A program made the translations under genes and the position numbers. Below are positions 13,065 through 26,604 of a stretch of DNA of 64,000 nt, piece after piece. The notes beneath the pieces were generated by a model. The model was not told the origin of the DNA, made no database searches, and was given only the letters and a program-made list of their open reading frames with translations. Positions within the stretch are counted from its first letter, which is position 1. Every line of letters starts with the position of its first letter. The stretch spans positions 1,054,001 to 1,118,000 of the forward strand of contig NC_043024.1 of NCBI RefSeq assembly GCF_006345805.1, read 5' to 3'. The DNA is from Octopus sinensis. Its lineage: Eukaryota.

Positions 13065-13825
13065 TGCTTGTTTCAGTCATTTGACCGCGGCCATACTGTA
13101 GCACAGCTTTTAGTCGAGCAAATCAACCCCAGGATTTATTCTTTGTAAGCCTAGTACTTACTCTATCGGTCTCTTTTGCCGAACCTCTAAGTTGCGGGGA
13201 CATAAACACACCGGCACTGGTTGTCAAGCGATGTTGGACACACATACAAACACACATACGACGGGCTTCTTTCAGTCTCCGTCTACCAAATCCACTCACA
13301 AGGCTTTGGTCAGCCCGAGGCTATAGCAGAAGACACTTGCCCAAGGAGCCACACAGTGGGACTGAACCCGGAACCATGCGCTTCGTAAGCAAGCTACTTA
13401 CCACACAACCACTCCTGCGCCTATATATATAAATTTTTATTCTTTTCCTTGTTTCAGTCATTTGACAGCGGCCATGCTGGGGCATCGCCTTGGAGGGTTT
13501 AGTTGAACAAATCAGCGACCAAGGACTTTTTTTTAAAAGCCTGGTACTTATTCTATCGGCTTCTTTTCACCGAACCGCTAAGTTACGGGGCCGTAAATAC
13601 GCCAACACCGGTTGTCAAGCAGTGGTGAGGAGCAAACAGAGATATAAAGACACACACACACACACACATCTACGACGAGCTACTTTCAGTTTCCGTCTAC
13701 TAAATCTACTCATAAGGCTTTGGTCCAGTAGAGGCTTTAGAAGACATTTGCCCAAGGTGCCACGCTGTGGGACTGAACCTGGAACCATGTGGTTGGAAAG
13801 CAATCTTCTTACCACACAGTCACAC
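13065..13825 (-). mobile_element. Two adjacent full-length SINE family A copies
   Basis: Two successive copies (about 13065-13425 and 13440-13825), each with head, internal microsatellite and GACTGAAACAAG tail. Confidence 0.85.
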
Positions 13826-13856
13826 ATAGTTGTGTGTGTGTGTATATATGTCTGTG

Positions 13857-14938
13857 CATCATCATCGTTTAACGTCTGCTTTCCATGGGTTGGATGATTT
13901 GACTGAAGTCTGGTGAACCAGATGTCTGCCCCAGGCTCCAATCTTGATCTGGCAGAGTTTCTACAGCTGGATGCCCTTCCTAACGCCAACCACTCTGAGA
14001 GTGTAGTGGGTGCCACCAGCACGTAGCCAGTCGGACGGTACTGGCAACAGTCACACTCAAATGGTGCCTTTTATGTGCCACCTGCACAGGAGCCAGTCCA
14101 GTGGCACTGGCAACAACCTCGCTCGAATGTTTTTTCACGTGCCACCAGCAGAAGTGCCAGTAAGGCGACGCAGGCAACGATCACGCTCGAATGGTGTTTT
14201 TAAGGTGCCATGGGCACGGAGGCCAGCTTGTTGCTCTGGCAGCGATCTCACTCGGATGGTACTCTTAGCGCCCCACTAGCACGGATGTCAGTCATCGAAT
14301 TTGATTTTGATTTCACTTGCCTCAACAGGTCTTCACAAGCAGAGTTTAGTCTCCAATGAAGGAAAGGCATGCATAAGAGGACTGGTTACACCCCTGGCAT
14401 AGGCCACAAGGTTATGGTCTCACTTGCGCTTGCCGAGTCTTCTCAAGCACAGCATATTTCCAGAGGTCCCGGTCACTAGTCATTGCCTCGGTGAGGCCCA
14501 ATGTTTGAAAGTCATGCTTCACAACCTCATCCCAGGTCTTCCTTTGTCTACCTCTTCCACAGGTTCCCTCAACTGCTAGGGTGTGGCACTTTTTCACACA
14601 GCTATCCACATCCATTCTTGCCACATGACCATACCAGTGCAGTCATCTCTCTTGCACACCACAACTGATGCTTCTTAGGTCCAACTTTTCTCTCAAGGTA
14701 CTTACACTCTGTCGAGTATGTACAGACATTACACATCCATCAGAGCATACTGGCTTCATTCTTTGCCAGCTTACGCATGTCCTCAGCAGTCACAGCCCAT
14801 GTTTCACTGCTGTGTAACATGGCTGTTCGCACACATGCGTCATACAATCTGCCTTTTACTCTGAGCAAGAAGCCTTTTGTCACCAGTAGAGGTAAGAGCT
14901 CTCTGAACTTAGCCCAGGCTATTCTTACTCTAGCTGCT

Positions 14939-14940
<2 letters not shown>
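13857..14940 (-). mobile_element. RTE-clade LINE, 3' fragment (ORF C-terminus plus long 3' UTR, (GAT)n tail)
   Basis: The minus strand encodes RVRIAWAKFRELLPLL...LYDACVRTAMLHSSETW...WYGHVARMD...GRGRQRKTWDEVV, a typical RTE C-terminus. The 3' UTR contains GGCGTTAGGAAGGGCATCCAGC and ends CGTTAAACGATGATGAT. Confidence 0.9.
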
Positions 14941-14978
<38 letters not shown>

Positions 14979-15494
14979 AAAATAGAGAGATAATAAATAA
15001 TAATTTATTACTTTTCTATTTTCTTATAATAAATAAAATATATATACACCACAGTTTATATAGTTACCTTGCAGTTGAGTATTAACTGTGATGTTCAACA
15101 TTCTTTGTATAGGTAACTAACCAGTGCTTTCATAGGATTTTGCTATCCCTTAATGAGGTTTGTAACCTTTATTTGTGTGTGTGTGTGTGTGTATTAGAAA
15201 AAATAAGGTATTCAGAGATCTGGATGGTTGTACATCATCATCATCATCATTATCGTTTAGCGTCCGCTTTCCATGCTGGCATGGGTTGGACGGTTAAACT
15301 GAGGTCTGGGAGGCCAGAAGGCTGCACCAGGCCCAGTCTGATCTGGCAGTGTTTCTACGGCTGGATGCCCTTCCTAACGCCAACCACTCCGTGAGTGTAG
15401 TGGGTGCTTTTTACGTGCCAACAGCACAAATATTTATTAACATGTCATGTTTTTACAAATCACATATTTCCAGGAAAGTATGTGATTTGTATCA

Positions 15495-16292
15495 CTGCAT
15501 GATACCCTGGGCAAGTGTCTTCTACCATAGCCTCAGGCCAATCAAAGCCTTTTTAGTGGATTTTGTAGATAGAAAGTGAAAGAAGCCTGTTGTATATATA
15601 TATTTATATATAAATATATGCGTATATATTTATGTGTCTGCGAAGACCCAACGAATGAAGTGAGTTCATAGCTCACAGGACGGCCTGCTGAGCTAACCTT
15701 GGATTGTAGGGTGACATGCTGTGCTTGGGAGACTTATTGAGTCAAGTTCATCAATATCAAAATAAAAATCAAATGGAAATTGTAGTTAAGACACCCATGC
15801 TGGTGACACATAAAAAGCACCATCCGAACATGGCTGACTGGCGTCCGTGTCGGTGACACATAAAAAGCACCAACTGATACACTGGCCCTCGTGCCAGTGT
15901 CACGTAAAAAGCACCCACTACACTCATGGAGTGGTTGGCATTAGGAAGGGCATCCAGCTGTAGACACACTGCCAGATCAGACTGGAGCCTGGCGCAGCCT
16001 CCTGGCTTCCCAGACCCCAGTTGAACCATCCAACCGATGCTAGCATGGAAAACGGATGTTAAACGATGATGATGATGATGTGTGTGTCTTTGTTTGGTCC
16101 CCACCATTGCTTGACAACCGATGTTGGTGTGTTTACATCCATATAACTTATTGGTTCAGCAAAAGAGACTGATAGAATAAGTACTAGGCTTACAAAGATT
16201 AAGTCCTGGGGTCAACTTCTTCGACTAAATAACACTGTAAGGTGGTGCTCCAGCATGGCCACAGTCAAATGGTTGAAACAAGTAAAAGAATA
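15495..16292 (+). mobile_element. SINE A interrupted by an RTE 3' UTR fragment (about 15640-16079)
   Basis: The SINE A head at 15495-15595 and tail at 16080-16292 flank an RTE tail ending in (GAT)n. Confidence 0.75.
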
Positions 16293-17076
16293 TCTATATT
16301 ATATAAGTGCTGGTGTCATTAAAGACCATCCAGTCAACAGTGTGAAGTGGTTGGCATTTGGAAGGGCATCCAGCTGTAAAATCCTGGCCAAAACTGACCC
16401 AGCCTGTGCTGGTGCCACGTAAAAAGCACTCAGTCCACTCTGCTGGGTGGGTGGTGTTGGGAAGGGCATCCAGCCATAAAATTCCTGCCAAACACAGACA
16501 CAGAAGTCTGGTGCAGGCTTCTGCCTGCCCAGCTCTTGTCAAAACATCCAACTCATGCCAGCATGGAAAGCGGACATTAAACGATGATGATGATGATATA
16601 TGTGTGCATGTGTGTGTGTGTATAGATAGATAGAGAGAGAGAGAGAGATACATACATACACGCATACATATTTAAGCATCCAAATAATACAAAACTTAAG
16701 AAGAATGTTTTAACACTGAAAGATTTTCAGTGTGTGAAATATTGGTAATATTTTTACAAGACTAGTCTTTATGTTCTGTGTTCAAACGCTGCCAGGGTTG
16801 ACTTTGCCATTCATCCTTTCGGATTCAATAAAATAAGTACCAGTTGAACACTGGGGTAAATGTAATCAACTTGTCCCTCCTCCAAACTTGTGCCAAAATT
16901 GCCAGAATTGGAAACCAATATTGTTGCATCATTGTGGCTCTGCCTGCGTTATCCTGTGTAGTTCTTAACAGATCAACATGCAGCTGTCTTGTCTAAGTCC
17001 CCGCCAAAAAAAGATGAGTGGGGAGAAAACAGACCTATTTTACTCCTGGGTATGACTTGAATCTGCATCTGGTAGT

Positions 17077-17263
17077 AGGGCCTTGTTTGAGTGGGGCCTT
17101 AGTTTGAGTGGGGCCTTTGTTGTGTGGGGCCTTTGTTGAGTGGGGCCTTTGTTGAGTGGGGCCTTTGTTGAGTGGGGCCTTGGTTGTGTGGGGCCTTGGT
17201 TGAGTGGGGACTTTGTTGTGTGGGGCCTTGGTTGAGTCGGGCCTTTGTTGTGTGGGGCCTTGG
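17077..17263. repeat. 15-bp GC-rich minisatellite (GGGGCCTTTGTTGAGT-like, about 12 units)
   Basis: Directly visible tandem units. Confidence 0.9.
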
Positions 17264-17769
17264 TTCCAGTTTTTGAGAAGTGTAGAATCACGACTTCGTC
17301 ACTGTTGTTCCCAGGTTTTCTTTGACCCTGAGTAGTAAAACCTGTTAGAGCCACTGCTTTGTGTTAATCAAAATGTTATAGGATTGCTCCCAGAACATAG
17401 TCACCAACAGATTCAGGCCAGATGAAGCCCTTCAGCTCTTCGGTTGCTCATCCAAGGGAAGGTAACTCCATACAAATCTTACATTCTGATAACTGTTGGG
17501 GCTTGCAGAACTTGTTGCACCAAACCAATGAAAGTTTGAAAGACGAGAGAGTGGCACTGGCTCTGCATGAACCATGTCTGTCATAATAATAAACCCCTGC
17601 TCCCTTGTAGAGTAAAAAAAAAAAGATGAAGGAGAAAATCCCTACAGAGAATTCAGAGGGAGGGACCTTAAGGCTGATATGATGTATGGTTATACTTAAC
17701 CAACATCTAGCATCCCCAATGGATCCATGGATGCTACAAACATACTGACTCGTGTTTCCTTCATGAATG

Positions 17770-18085
17770 GGTGAAGGCATGTGGCTTAGTGGTCAGGGTG
17801 TTCTGTTCACAGGTCTTCAGTTCGATTCCTGGCAGTGCATTGTGTCCTTGAGCAAGACACTTTACTTCACATTGCTCCAGTCCACTCAGTTGGCGAAAAT
17901 GAGTTCCTGTAATCCAAAGAAGCCAGCCTTGTCACATTCTATGTCATGCTGAATCTCTCTGAGAACTACATTAAGGGTACATTTGTCTGTGGAGTGCTCA
18001 GCCACTTTCACGTTAATTTCACAAGCAGGCTGTTCTGTTGATAGGATCAACTGGAACCCTCGTTGTCATAACTGACGGAGTGCCC
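17770..18085 (+). mobile_element. tRNA-derived CORE-like SINE (family D)
   Basis: TGGCTTAGTGG A box, GTTCGATTCC B box and TTGTGTCCTTGAGCAAGACACTTTA core. Confidence 0.8.
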
Positions 18086-18404
18086 TTTTTTCATCAATGA
18101 GTGGAAAAACACTAAGTGTTCCAGGGGCTAGGTACTTGCTTCCAGAGACAACCCAGCAGATGGGGCCAAGTTACTATCTCTGCAATGAAGGGCCATCATT
18201 TTGTGTTTCTAGGTATGGCCATGTTGTTTAGATGCTTGTTTTCAGGTTCAGTCCCAGTGCGGCCCCTCGGGTGAGAGTCTTTTACTGTGGCATTGGACCA
18301 ACTGGCAAGGTCACCAAGTACCTGGCCATACAAAACCTCTCAACTGAGGTGGGAGAAGTATTGGGGGGCAAAGTGGCTGTGTGCCAGGTGATGAGAAGTT
18401 GAAG

Positions 18405-18960
18405 TACGAGGTGGGATCAAAAAGTTCCTGGACCAGTTCTGTAACATGCCAACAGCTGGAAGGACACAATTGGGTGAGCAGTGGGAGCTAGCAGTGACCT
18501 TTATGGGGCAATGTGCCGAGTGACATTTGCTGTGTTTACTATGCAAGTTGTGAAATTTGTACTTTTGCAATCACGTGTGTCTGCTGAAGTCTGTGATTCT
18601 GTCATGGACAGGAATAAAGAGCCAAAGTGAAATTTTGCATTTAAATTGGGAAGCCTGCTACAGAGACATTGAGCTTGCTTCAGTAAGCTTATGGTGATGA
18701 AGCAATGGGTTGTACGCAATGTTTTGAGTAGCACTTCAAAAGTGGAAGAACATCGCTAGAAGATGATGAGTGGTCTGGAGGACCTGCCATGAGTGTCACC
18801 CCCAGAAACATGGTATTGTACATCGAGAATTCGCCCCCCCCCCTTCCCGGGGGCCAGACCGTCAATCAAAAGTTCTTCTGTGATGTTTTAAAGCATTTGA
18901 AGGATGACATTTGGCGAAAGAGACTGGATCTGTGGAGTGCAAAGAATTGGATTCTTCACT
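18405..18960 (+). mobile_element. Internally deleted mariner transposon
   Basis: TA-CGAGGTGGGATCAAAAAGTTCC TIR-like end. A degraded KLGKPATETLSLLQ*AYGDEAMG...FKSGRTSLEDDE.SG.P is fused to IVHREF...GQTVNQKFFCDVLK...KNWILH. Confidence 0.85.
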
Positions 18961-19141
18961 TGTAAGAATGCTTGACAAAGGCAGAGGGTGTGCAAGCATT
19001 ACCAAAGTGGTTTTTGGATATTTCTGCTGTGGTGGATGGGTTTTCTCAGGCACAACAAAATGTCAACCATCTCAATTCTCTGTAAGGCTCAGAATCTTGA
19101 GATCAGCTTTTAATACTTCTGCTGTAAATTTGAACTATGTG

Positions 19142-19182
<41 letters not shown>

Positions 19183-19185
19183 ATA

Positions 19186-19265
<80 letters not shown>

Positions 19266-19306
19266 GTGTGTATATATATATATATAGATATATACATATA
19301 TTATAC

Positions 19307-19337
<31 letters not shown>

Positions 19338-19551
19338 CATATATATATAAATACATATATATACATATATATATATATACATATATATATATACATATAT
19401 ATATATATACATATATATATACATATAATATATATATATACATATATAATATATATATATATATATTATATATATATATATATATATACATACATATATA
19501 TATATATATATATGTGTGTGTATATATATATAGATATCTATATCTATATAT

Positions 19552-19760
19552 GTGACCTCGTGAGTACCACTGGCGATTTTTTTCCTCTGTCTTCCCTTCT
19601 CTGGATCTTTCCTTCTCCTATGTTTCCGATGAAGAGCTCCGCTCGAAACGTTAAATCCTCCTTCTTCCCTTCTTTCCTGAGCGTCCAATAATACTTTATT
19701 TGTCCCACGTCTTCGCATTGTTCTGTTTTTTTTTGTGTTTTCTTGTTTGGATTAACTATA
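19552..19760 (+). mobile_element. Short element in (TA)n carrying a minimal hammerhead motif (19623-19655); Penelope-pLTR-like
   Basis: ttt-CCGATGA-a-gagc-tcc-gctc-GAAACGTTA-aa, with palindromic AACGTT in stem III. A related element lies at 33085-33270. Confidence 0.6.
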
Positions 19761-19776
19761 TATATATATATATATA

Positions 19777-19941
19777 CTTTATTTAAAAGCAGCAGAAATT
19801 CAACAAAACCTGTTACTCGGACTTTCACGTTCCTGTTCATCGGACAGTTTTGTTAAAATTTTAACAAAACTGTTCGATGAACAGGAACATGAAAGTCCGA
19901 GTAACAGGTTTTGTTGAATTTTCTGCTGCTTTTAAATAAAG
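19777..19941. repeat. Spacer-less palindrome of about 165 bp with hammerhead-like motifs in both arms
   Basis: Centre GTTTTGTTAAAA|TTTTAACAAAAC. The arms carry ctgt-(C/T)CGATGA-...-GAAA-gtccga-GTA-acag. A third partial copy lies at about 20066-20133. Confidence 0.85.
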
Positions 19942-20029
19942 CATATTACTCTACCCTTGGTATTTGAGTACTCTTTTTTTCCACCTTGTTTCACATTTAT
20001 GTGTTTACTCCGGTATATATATATAATAT

Positions 20030-20065
<36 letters not shown>

Positions 20066-20157
20066 CCGGATGAACGGCAACGAGAAACTCAGAGTAACAG
20101 ATTTTGTTGAATTTTCTGCTGCTTAAAATAAAGTATATATATATATATATATATATG

Positions 20158-20790
20158 TTGGGCTCACCGAAGTAATGACTAGTGAACGGGACCCCTAGAA
20201 ATATGCTGTGCTTGAGAAGACTTGGCAAGCGCAAGTGAGACCATAACCTTGTGGCCTATGCCAAGGGTGTAACCAGTCCACTTATGCGTGCTTTTTCTTC
20301 ATTGGAGACTAAACTCTGCTTGTGAAGACCTGTTTAGGCAAGTGAAATTGAAATCAAATTCGATGACTGACATCCGTGCTAGTGGAGCGCTAAGAGTACC
20401 ATACGAGTGAGATCGCTGCCAGAGCAATAAGCTGGCCTCCGTGCCCATGGCACCTTAAAAACACCATTCGAGTGAGATCGTTGCCTGCTGGTGGCACGTG
20501 TAAAAACATTCGAGCGAGGTTGTTGCCAGTGCCGCTGGACTGGCTCCTGTGCATGTGGCACATAAAAAGCACCATTTGAGCGTGGCTGTTGCCAGTACCG
20601 TCTGACTGGCTCTTGTGCTGGTGGCACCCACTACACTCTCGGAGTGGTTGGCTTTAGGAAGGGCATCCAGCTGTAGAAACTCTGCCAGATCAAGATTGGA
20701 GCCTGGGGCAGCCATCTGGTTCGCCAGTCCTCAGTCAAATCGTCCAACCCATGCTCGCATGGAAAGCGGACGTTAAACGATGATGATGAA
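20158..20790 (+). mobile_element. RTE LINE 3' fragment
   Basis: LGLTEVMTSERD...KYAVLEKT ORF end plus a 3' UTR matching 13857-14500 in reverse, with a (GAT)n tail. Confidence 0.85.
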
Positions 20791-21369
20791 TTATGTGTAG
20801 GTGATGATGCTGCATAAAAAGTATCCAGTCCACATTGTAAAGTGGTTGGCATTTGGAAGGGCATCCAGCTGTAAAAACCTTGCCAAAATTGACCTCGCCT
20901 GTGCTTGTGCCACGTAAAAAGCACTCAGTCCACTCTGCTGGGTGGTTGGTGTTGGGAAGGGCATCCAACCATAAAATTCCTGCCAAAACTGATACAGGTG
21001 CTCTAGCATGGTCGCAGTTAAATGACGGAAACAAGCAAAAGAATACCATCGGTTGTTATATATCGCTGGTCACAATGCACTTCTCCATGTTATTTTAGCT
21101 TTCTAATGCTCCCCCCCACACACACACACCTGCTGGCCAAGTGAGCGGAAGGGTGTTTTGTCACGGGATTACTCAGTGTCAACGGCCGAATGGACTGAAG
21201 CAACGCGGAATGAACGCAACATACCACCCAGTCTGGGGATCGAACCCATGATGTAACGATTGTTAGTGCATTACCTTAACCACTGGGCCATTTGCCTTCA
21301 GATACACATAAACACTCACAGCGTAGCCTTAGTATAGAAGAATTTATTGGAAGAAGTTTCGTTTTGTAA

Positions 21370-21745
21370 CCACCTGGTTCCGGGTTCAGTCCCACTGCGT
21401 GGCACCTTACGCAAGTGTCTTCTACTATAACCTCGGGCCGACCAAAGCCTTGTGAGTGGATTTGGAAGACGGAAACTAAAAGAAGCCCATCGTATATATA
21501 TATATATATACATATATATGTATGTGTGTGCATATGTTTGTGTGTCTGTGTTTGTTCCCCCCAACATCGCTTGAGAACCGATGCTGGTGTGTTTACGTCC
21601 CCGTAACTTAGCGGTTCGGCAATAGAGACCGATAGGATAAGTACTAGGCTTACAAAGAATAAGTCCTGTGGTCGATTTGCTCGACTAAAGGCGGTGCTCC
21701 AGCATGGCCACAGTCAAATGGCTGAAACAAGTAAAAATAAGATTT
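21370..21745 (+). mobile_element. SINE family A
   Basis: B box, CORE-like block, internal microsatellite and conserved tail. Confidence 0.85.
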
Positions 21746-22307
21746 TTCTCTATATATCTTCTGGTCAAAACCCTAACTTGACAGTAAAATAATTTTTTTA
21801 AAAAATTGGCAAAGCATTCCGTCCGGCATATTGTACTTCTGTTTGAAAAGGAAGGCTTTGTCACGCTGATTCTGCCAGGGAATTACGTTAACGATACCCA
21901 TGCCCGTGGAATACTCAACCAGTTATATATTAATTCAGGAGCAGGTAATTCAGTTGGCCAAATAAACGAATCCCCATTGTCGACCGACGAAGATCCATTC
22001 ATCACCCCGAAAGATACACACACATCCATATCATATATTTCATTATACACACGTACAACCGCGCGCGTGTATTATATACATATATATATACATAATATAT
22101 ATGCAGAGGAGCAGAAATATGTTATGAATATAAATAAATGTGTGTATACGGCTTTACCTTAACGTGTATTGTCATCTAGATAGGATACGAAGGTATAATC
22201 TGAGTAAGATGTCTCTTAATTTGGCCATGTTTTTTTTTCATTCCTCCCAAACAAATCTGCTTCGTTCTACATTGTTGTGTGTGTGAGTGAGTGTATATAT
22301 ATATATA

Positions 22308-22756
22308 CATATGTGTGTTTATGCTCGTATATTATGTATGTTTGTGCTTATATGCTTCTTGTTCAGTACATTTGCTGTAGGTTATGTGTATGATTTGTAG
22401 TCATGTATGTATATTACATACGCCTTTATGCGTGACTTCATGTATGTGTGTCACACGCACGTGTCGATGTACGTAATTGTTTATAATTGCTAGTGTGTGC
22501 ATGCGTGTGTGTACTCGAGTATATGTATATATGTGTGTGTGTGTGTATGTGCATCTGCCTGTATGTCTGTTACGCTTCCTTCGAGCTGGATCGGGGCATC
22601 CTTTACCGAAAAACAAAACTGTTCCTTGAAGATATGTGTGTATATATCTGTATATATCTATGTATATATTGAATTTATAGCTTATTTTATATATATATTC
22701 ATGTCTACTACATATTAATATACATTCTATATAGAATGTATGCTTGCATTGATGCC

Positions 22757-22801
<45 letters not shown>

Positions 22802-23260
22802 GTGTGTTTATGCTCGTATATTATGTATGTTTGTGCTTATATGCTTCTTGTTCAGTACATTTGCTGTAGGTTATGTGTATGATTTGTAGTCATGTATGTA
22901 TATTACATACGCCTTTATGCGTGACTTCATGTAGTGTGTCACACGCACGTGTCGATGTACGTAATTGTTTATAATTGCTAGTGTGTGCATGCGTGTGTGT
23001 ACTCGAGTATATGTATATATATGTGTGTGTGTGTGTATGTGCATCTGCCTGTATGTCTGTTACGCTTCCTTCGAGCTGGATCGGGGCATCCTTTACCGAA
23101 AAACAAAACTGTTCCTTGAAGATATGTGTGTATATATCTGTATATATCTATGTATATATTTGAATTTATAGCTTATTTTATATATATATTCATGTCTACT
23201 ACATATTAATATACATTCTATATAGAATGTATGCTTGCATTGATGCCTATGTGTATATAT
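22308..23260. repeat. Tandem duplication of about 489 bp
   Basis: CATATGTGTGTTTATGCTCG starts at 22308 and 22797. The same peptide YASFELDRGILYRKTKLFLED appears in both copies. Confidence 0.95.
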
Positions 23261-23353
23261 ATATATTATATATATATATATTGTATGTCTCTATTATGTA
23301 TATCTAACTATTTATCTCTCTGTCTCTTCGCCTATCTGTCTATCTACTATCTA

Positions 23354-23386
<33 letters not shown>

Positions 23387-24112
23387 ATCTCTCTCTCTAT
23401 CTTTCTATCTATCTATCCATCACTTATATATACTGATATACCCATACTAATGTGTTTATGTTGAATATATAACTGCATTGAAGTATGTGTGTATATATAT
23501 ATATATACGTACATACGTACACAGACAGACACGTGCGCGCGCGCGTACGTAACTATTTTGATGGCCTAAAAGAGGAAGAACACGGGAAAAGGTATGCGTG
23601 TATGTAAGCATGTCTCTATAAGTGCATATGTATATACCTTTGCGTATACACACATCTCAACTATACAATCTTTAAGCTAAATTCCCCATCGATGGACACG
23701 ATGTATAACCGTCTGGTTTTACCATAAAACTCACTTCCTTGGGATGTCTGTCATGAAATAATCCTTCATCACAGCCCTTACATGAAGCCGTCGTCTTCGT
23801 TGCTCGTCTCTCACACTCACACGTGTATATAAATATGTACATATATAGATAGGTATGCAAGTGTTATTTTGTGTTCATGCCTATTAGATTTGTCACAAAC
23901 ATACGTTCGTTCACATATACACGCACGGACTCATCTATAATTCGTACCGACATACATAAGCATACATACAGACCATATATTTGTGGGTATATATGTATTT
24001 CTATACTTCGTGTGTTCTCAGTTCTTCTATATATATATATATGCATATATGTCAGTGTGTATATATATATGTGTATGTGTATATATTATATATATATACA
24101 TGTATGTCAGTA

Positions 24113-24155
<43 letters not shown>

Positions 24156-24198
24156 AGTATGTATATATATATATATGTGTGTGTGTGTGTATATATAT

Positions 24199-24230
<32 letters not shown>

Positions 24231-24258
24231 AGTATGTATATATATATATACACATGTA

Positions 24259-24309
<51 letters not shown>

Positions 24310-26439
24310 AACCTTTACATAAATAAATAACGTGAAATACACATATGCACATACACACATGTATGTGTGTATATATATATATATGTATGTATGTATACAT
24401 ACCAACCTGTAAGTAGATAACTAAGTTTGTGTGTGATACTAGCATAAACACGGTTAATTTTACTGTAAAGCCTCTCTTCTCAGACATTGACATAGGGGCA
24501 CCGGGCTGTCATTACGGACCTGAACGTCCACGCACTCTTTCACCCAGAATACATCTTCGGACCTACATTAATTAGACCCTCATAAGGCACCTCCATCCTA
24601 CCATCAATCTACATCTTCCTCAGTTTCTATAATAATAATAATGATAATCTTTTCTAGTATAGGCACAAGGCCTGAAATTTGGGTGGCCAGGCGAGGGCAT
24701 TGTCGGTTACATCAACTCCAGGACTTAGAATAGTAATTATTTTATCGTTTTGCGAAAGGATGAAAGGCAAAGTCGACCTCGGTGGTATTTGAACTCAGAA
24801 TGTAAAGACGGATGAAATGCCTCTAGACATTTAGTCCGCCCTGCCAACGATTCTCTCAGCTAATAATAATAATAATAATAATAGTTGTCCATCCTGATGT
24901 TCTGAGCTCAAATTCTGGCGAGGTCGACAAAACAGGTTCCAGTTGTGCTGGGTCTTGTGCCAAAGTTTGGGACTAACTTTTAATCAGTTGTTGCTTAACC
25001 CCAGGTCAGTTCTGATTGAGCTAGCAGATTTATGATTGAAAGTATTCCAACCGTGACCATCCTGTAACGTATAGAATAACACTATACAATGTATCTCAAT
25101 AAATTAGCCAACAATAGGGTGTGGTTTGAGGGAGTTTTATTATTATTTCTAGCAGGTCGAGTCACTGTATAGAGGTTCCCTGTTGGGTCGAGGCGGGAGA
25201 GAGCCTTTAATGTTGTCACTGACCGCGCTCGAAATAACAGCTAAATCTCTCTCAAAACCACACAGCATAATGTTAAAAGGACAGATACTGGATAATGTAT
25301 TCTGAGCACATCGTTGTTAACATATTAGTGTTGTTATTCAGCCCCAGATAATTCCTTAACCAGTTGAACTATGACAATAGCCGTTCCAGTCGTAGCCATC
25401 CACTTTTTATTCAGGCATAACGCTGTATATGACTTTGTTCAGTGTCCCGTCTTGTTTTTGTTTAACCCCGGGCCAGCCTATATTCATAGCAAAGGTTTTT
25501 GTTCTAGTCATGAATACACCGTCTCTTATTCAGACATAAGTCTATCTAGGATTATATTATCCTTGTTGTTTAGCCTCAAGTCCGCCCTGGATCCAACAGA
25601 TCCAAGGGCGAAGGACCTCGAGTGTCTGTCTCTCTTTGTCTAAGATACTTAAGATAATTTAGGTGCGATTTGAAATAGATGTGGTTAAGAGTTCTCAACA
25701 TGTCGAACAACTATGTAGAAAGTACAAAGAACTCTGGTAGTTTTTAAAGTACTTTCAGAAGTTTTTTGGTTGCCGACGGTGATGGCGAAAAGAGAAAAAA
25801 ATGAAAGAGTTGGTTGCAACGGCAGTGATGGTGATGCTATCTGCTTATGGTCATGTATTTACGATGCTTCTGACACACATAAATAACATAGATGTCTGGT
25901 TTTCCTTTAAACATTAGAAAAAAAAACATATATATGTTGTTGTTATACCTTTTAAGGCATCTTAATTAATACCCCGTTTCCTAATTAGCAGTTAATTGGG
26001 AGAAGTCGAACTGTTGTTAATGACCGGATGTTGGCAAATGGTTGTAACCTTCCTGCTTAATATTAACCATGTAGATAATTAATTAATACATACACGCATA
26101 TATAACTATTTACATACACGTATATATATATCTGGACACGAACTCGGACCTTTATAGTTAATTATATCATCTGATTTATTAATGTTTGACGCACCTTTTT
26201 TTTTTGTGTGGGTCTTTTGAAGATGTGATCAGGTGTGTCGCGTCACCAAATACATTATTTTATATCAGTATTTAGATGAAAATAAAATTAAATACAAATA
26301 AACTTCTATCTTTAAAGAAAAAATCATGTTACTTTTATTTTAACCGAAAAATCAATTTATCTTCGAAAAGCAAAAAGACAAAAAACTAAGCAAAGACAAA
26401 ACAGAAGATAAACCAGTCCGGCTAAAAGTCCGGGGACAT

Positions 26440-26592
26440 TTCCGCCGAGGTCGACTTTGCCTTTCATCCTTTCGGGGGTCGATAAATAAAGTACCAGTTT
26501 CGCACTGGGGGTCGATGTAATCGACTTAATCCCTCTGTCTGTCCTTGTTTGTCCCTTCCATGTTTAGCCCCTTGTGGGTAATAAAGAAATAT
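26440..26592 (+). mobile_element. 5'-truncated SINE family B with a target-site duplication
   Basis: GCCTTTCATCCTTTCGGGGGTCGATAAA (Meta/MESC-like domain), flanked by TAAAAGTCCGGGGACA / TAAAAGTCCTGGGGCA. Confidence 0.8.
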
Positions 26593-26604
26593 AAAAGTCC
26601 TGGG

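Noticed and set aside
21975-22015. CCGACGA...CCGAAAG hammerhead-like motif (similar at about 23745-23780 on -)
   Set aside because: The stems do not pair convincingly, so it is too decayed to call.
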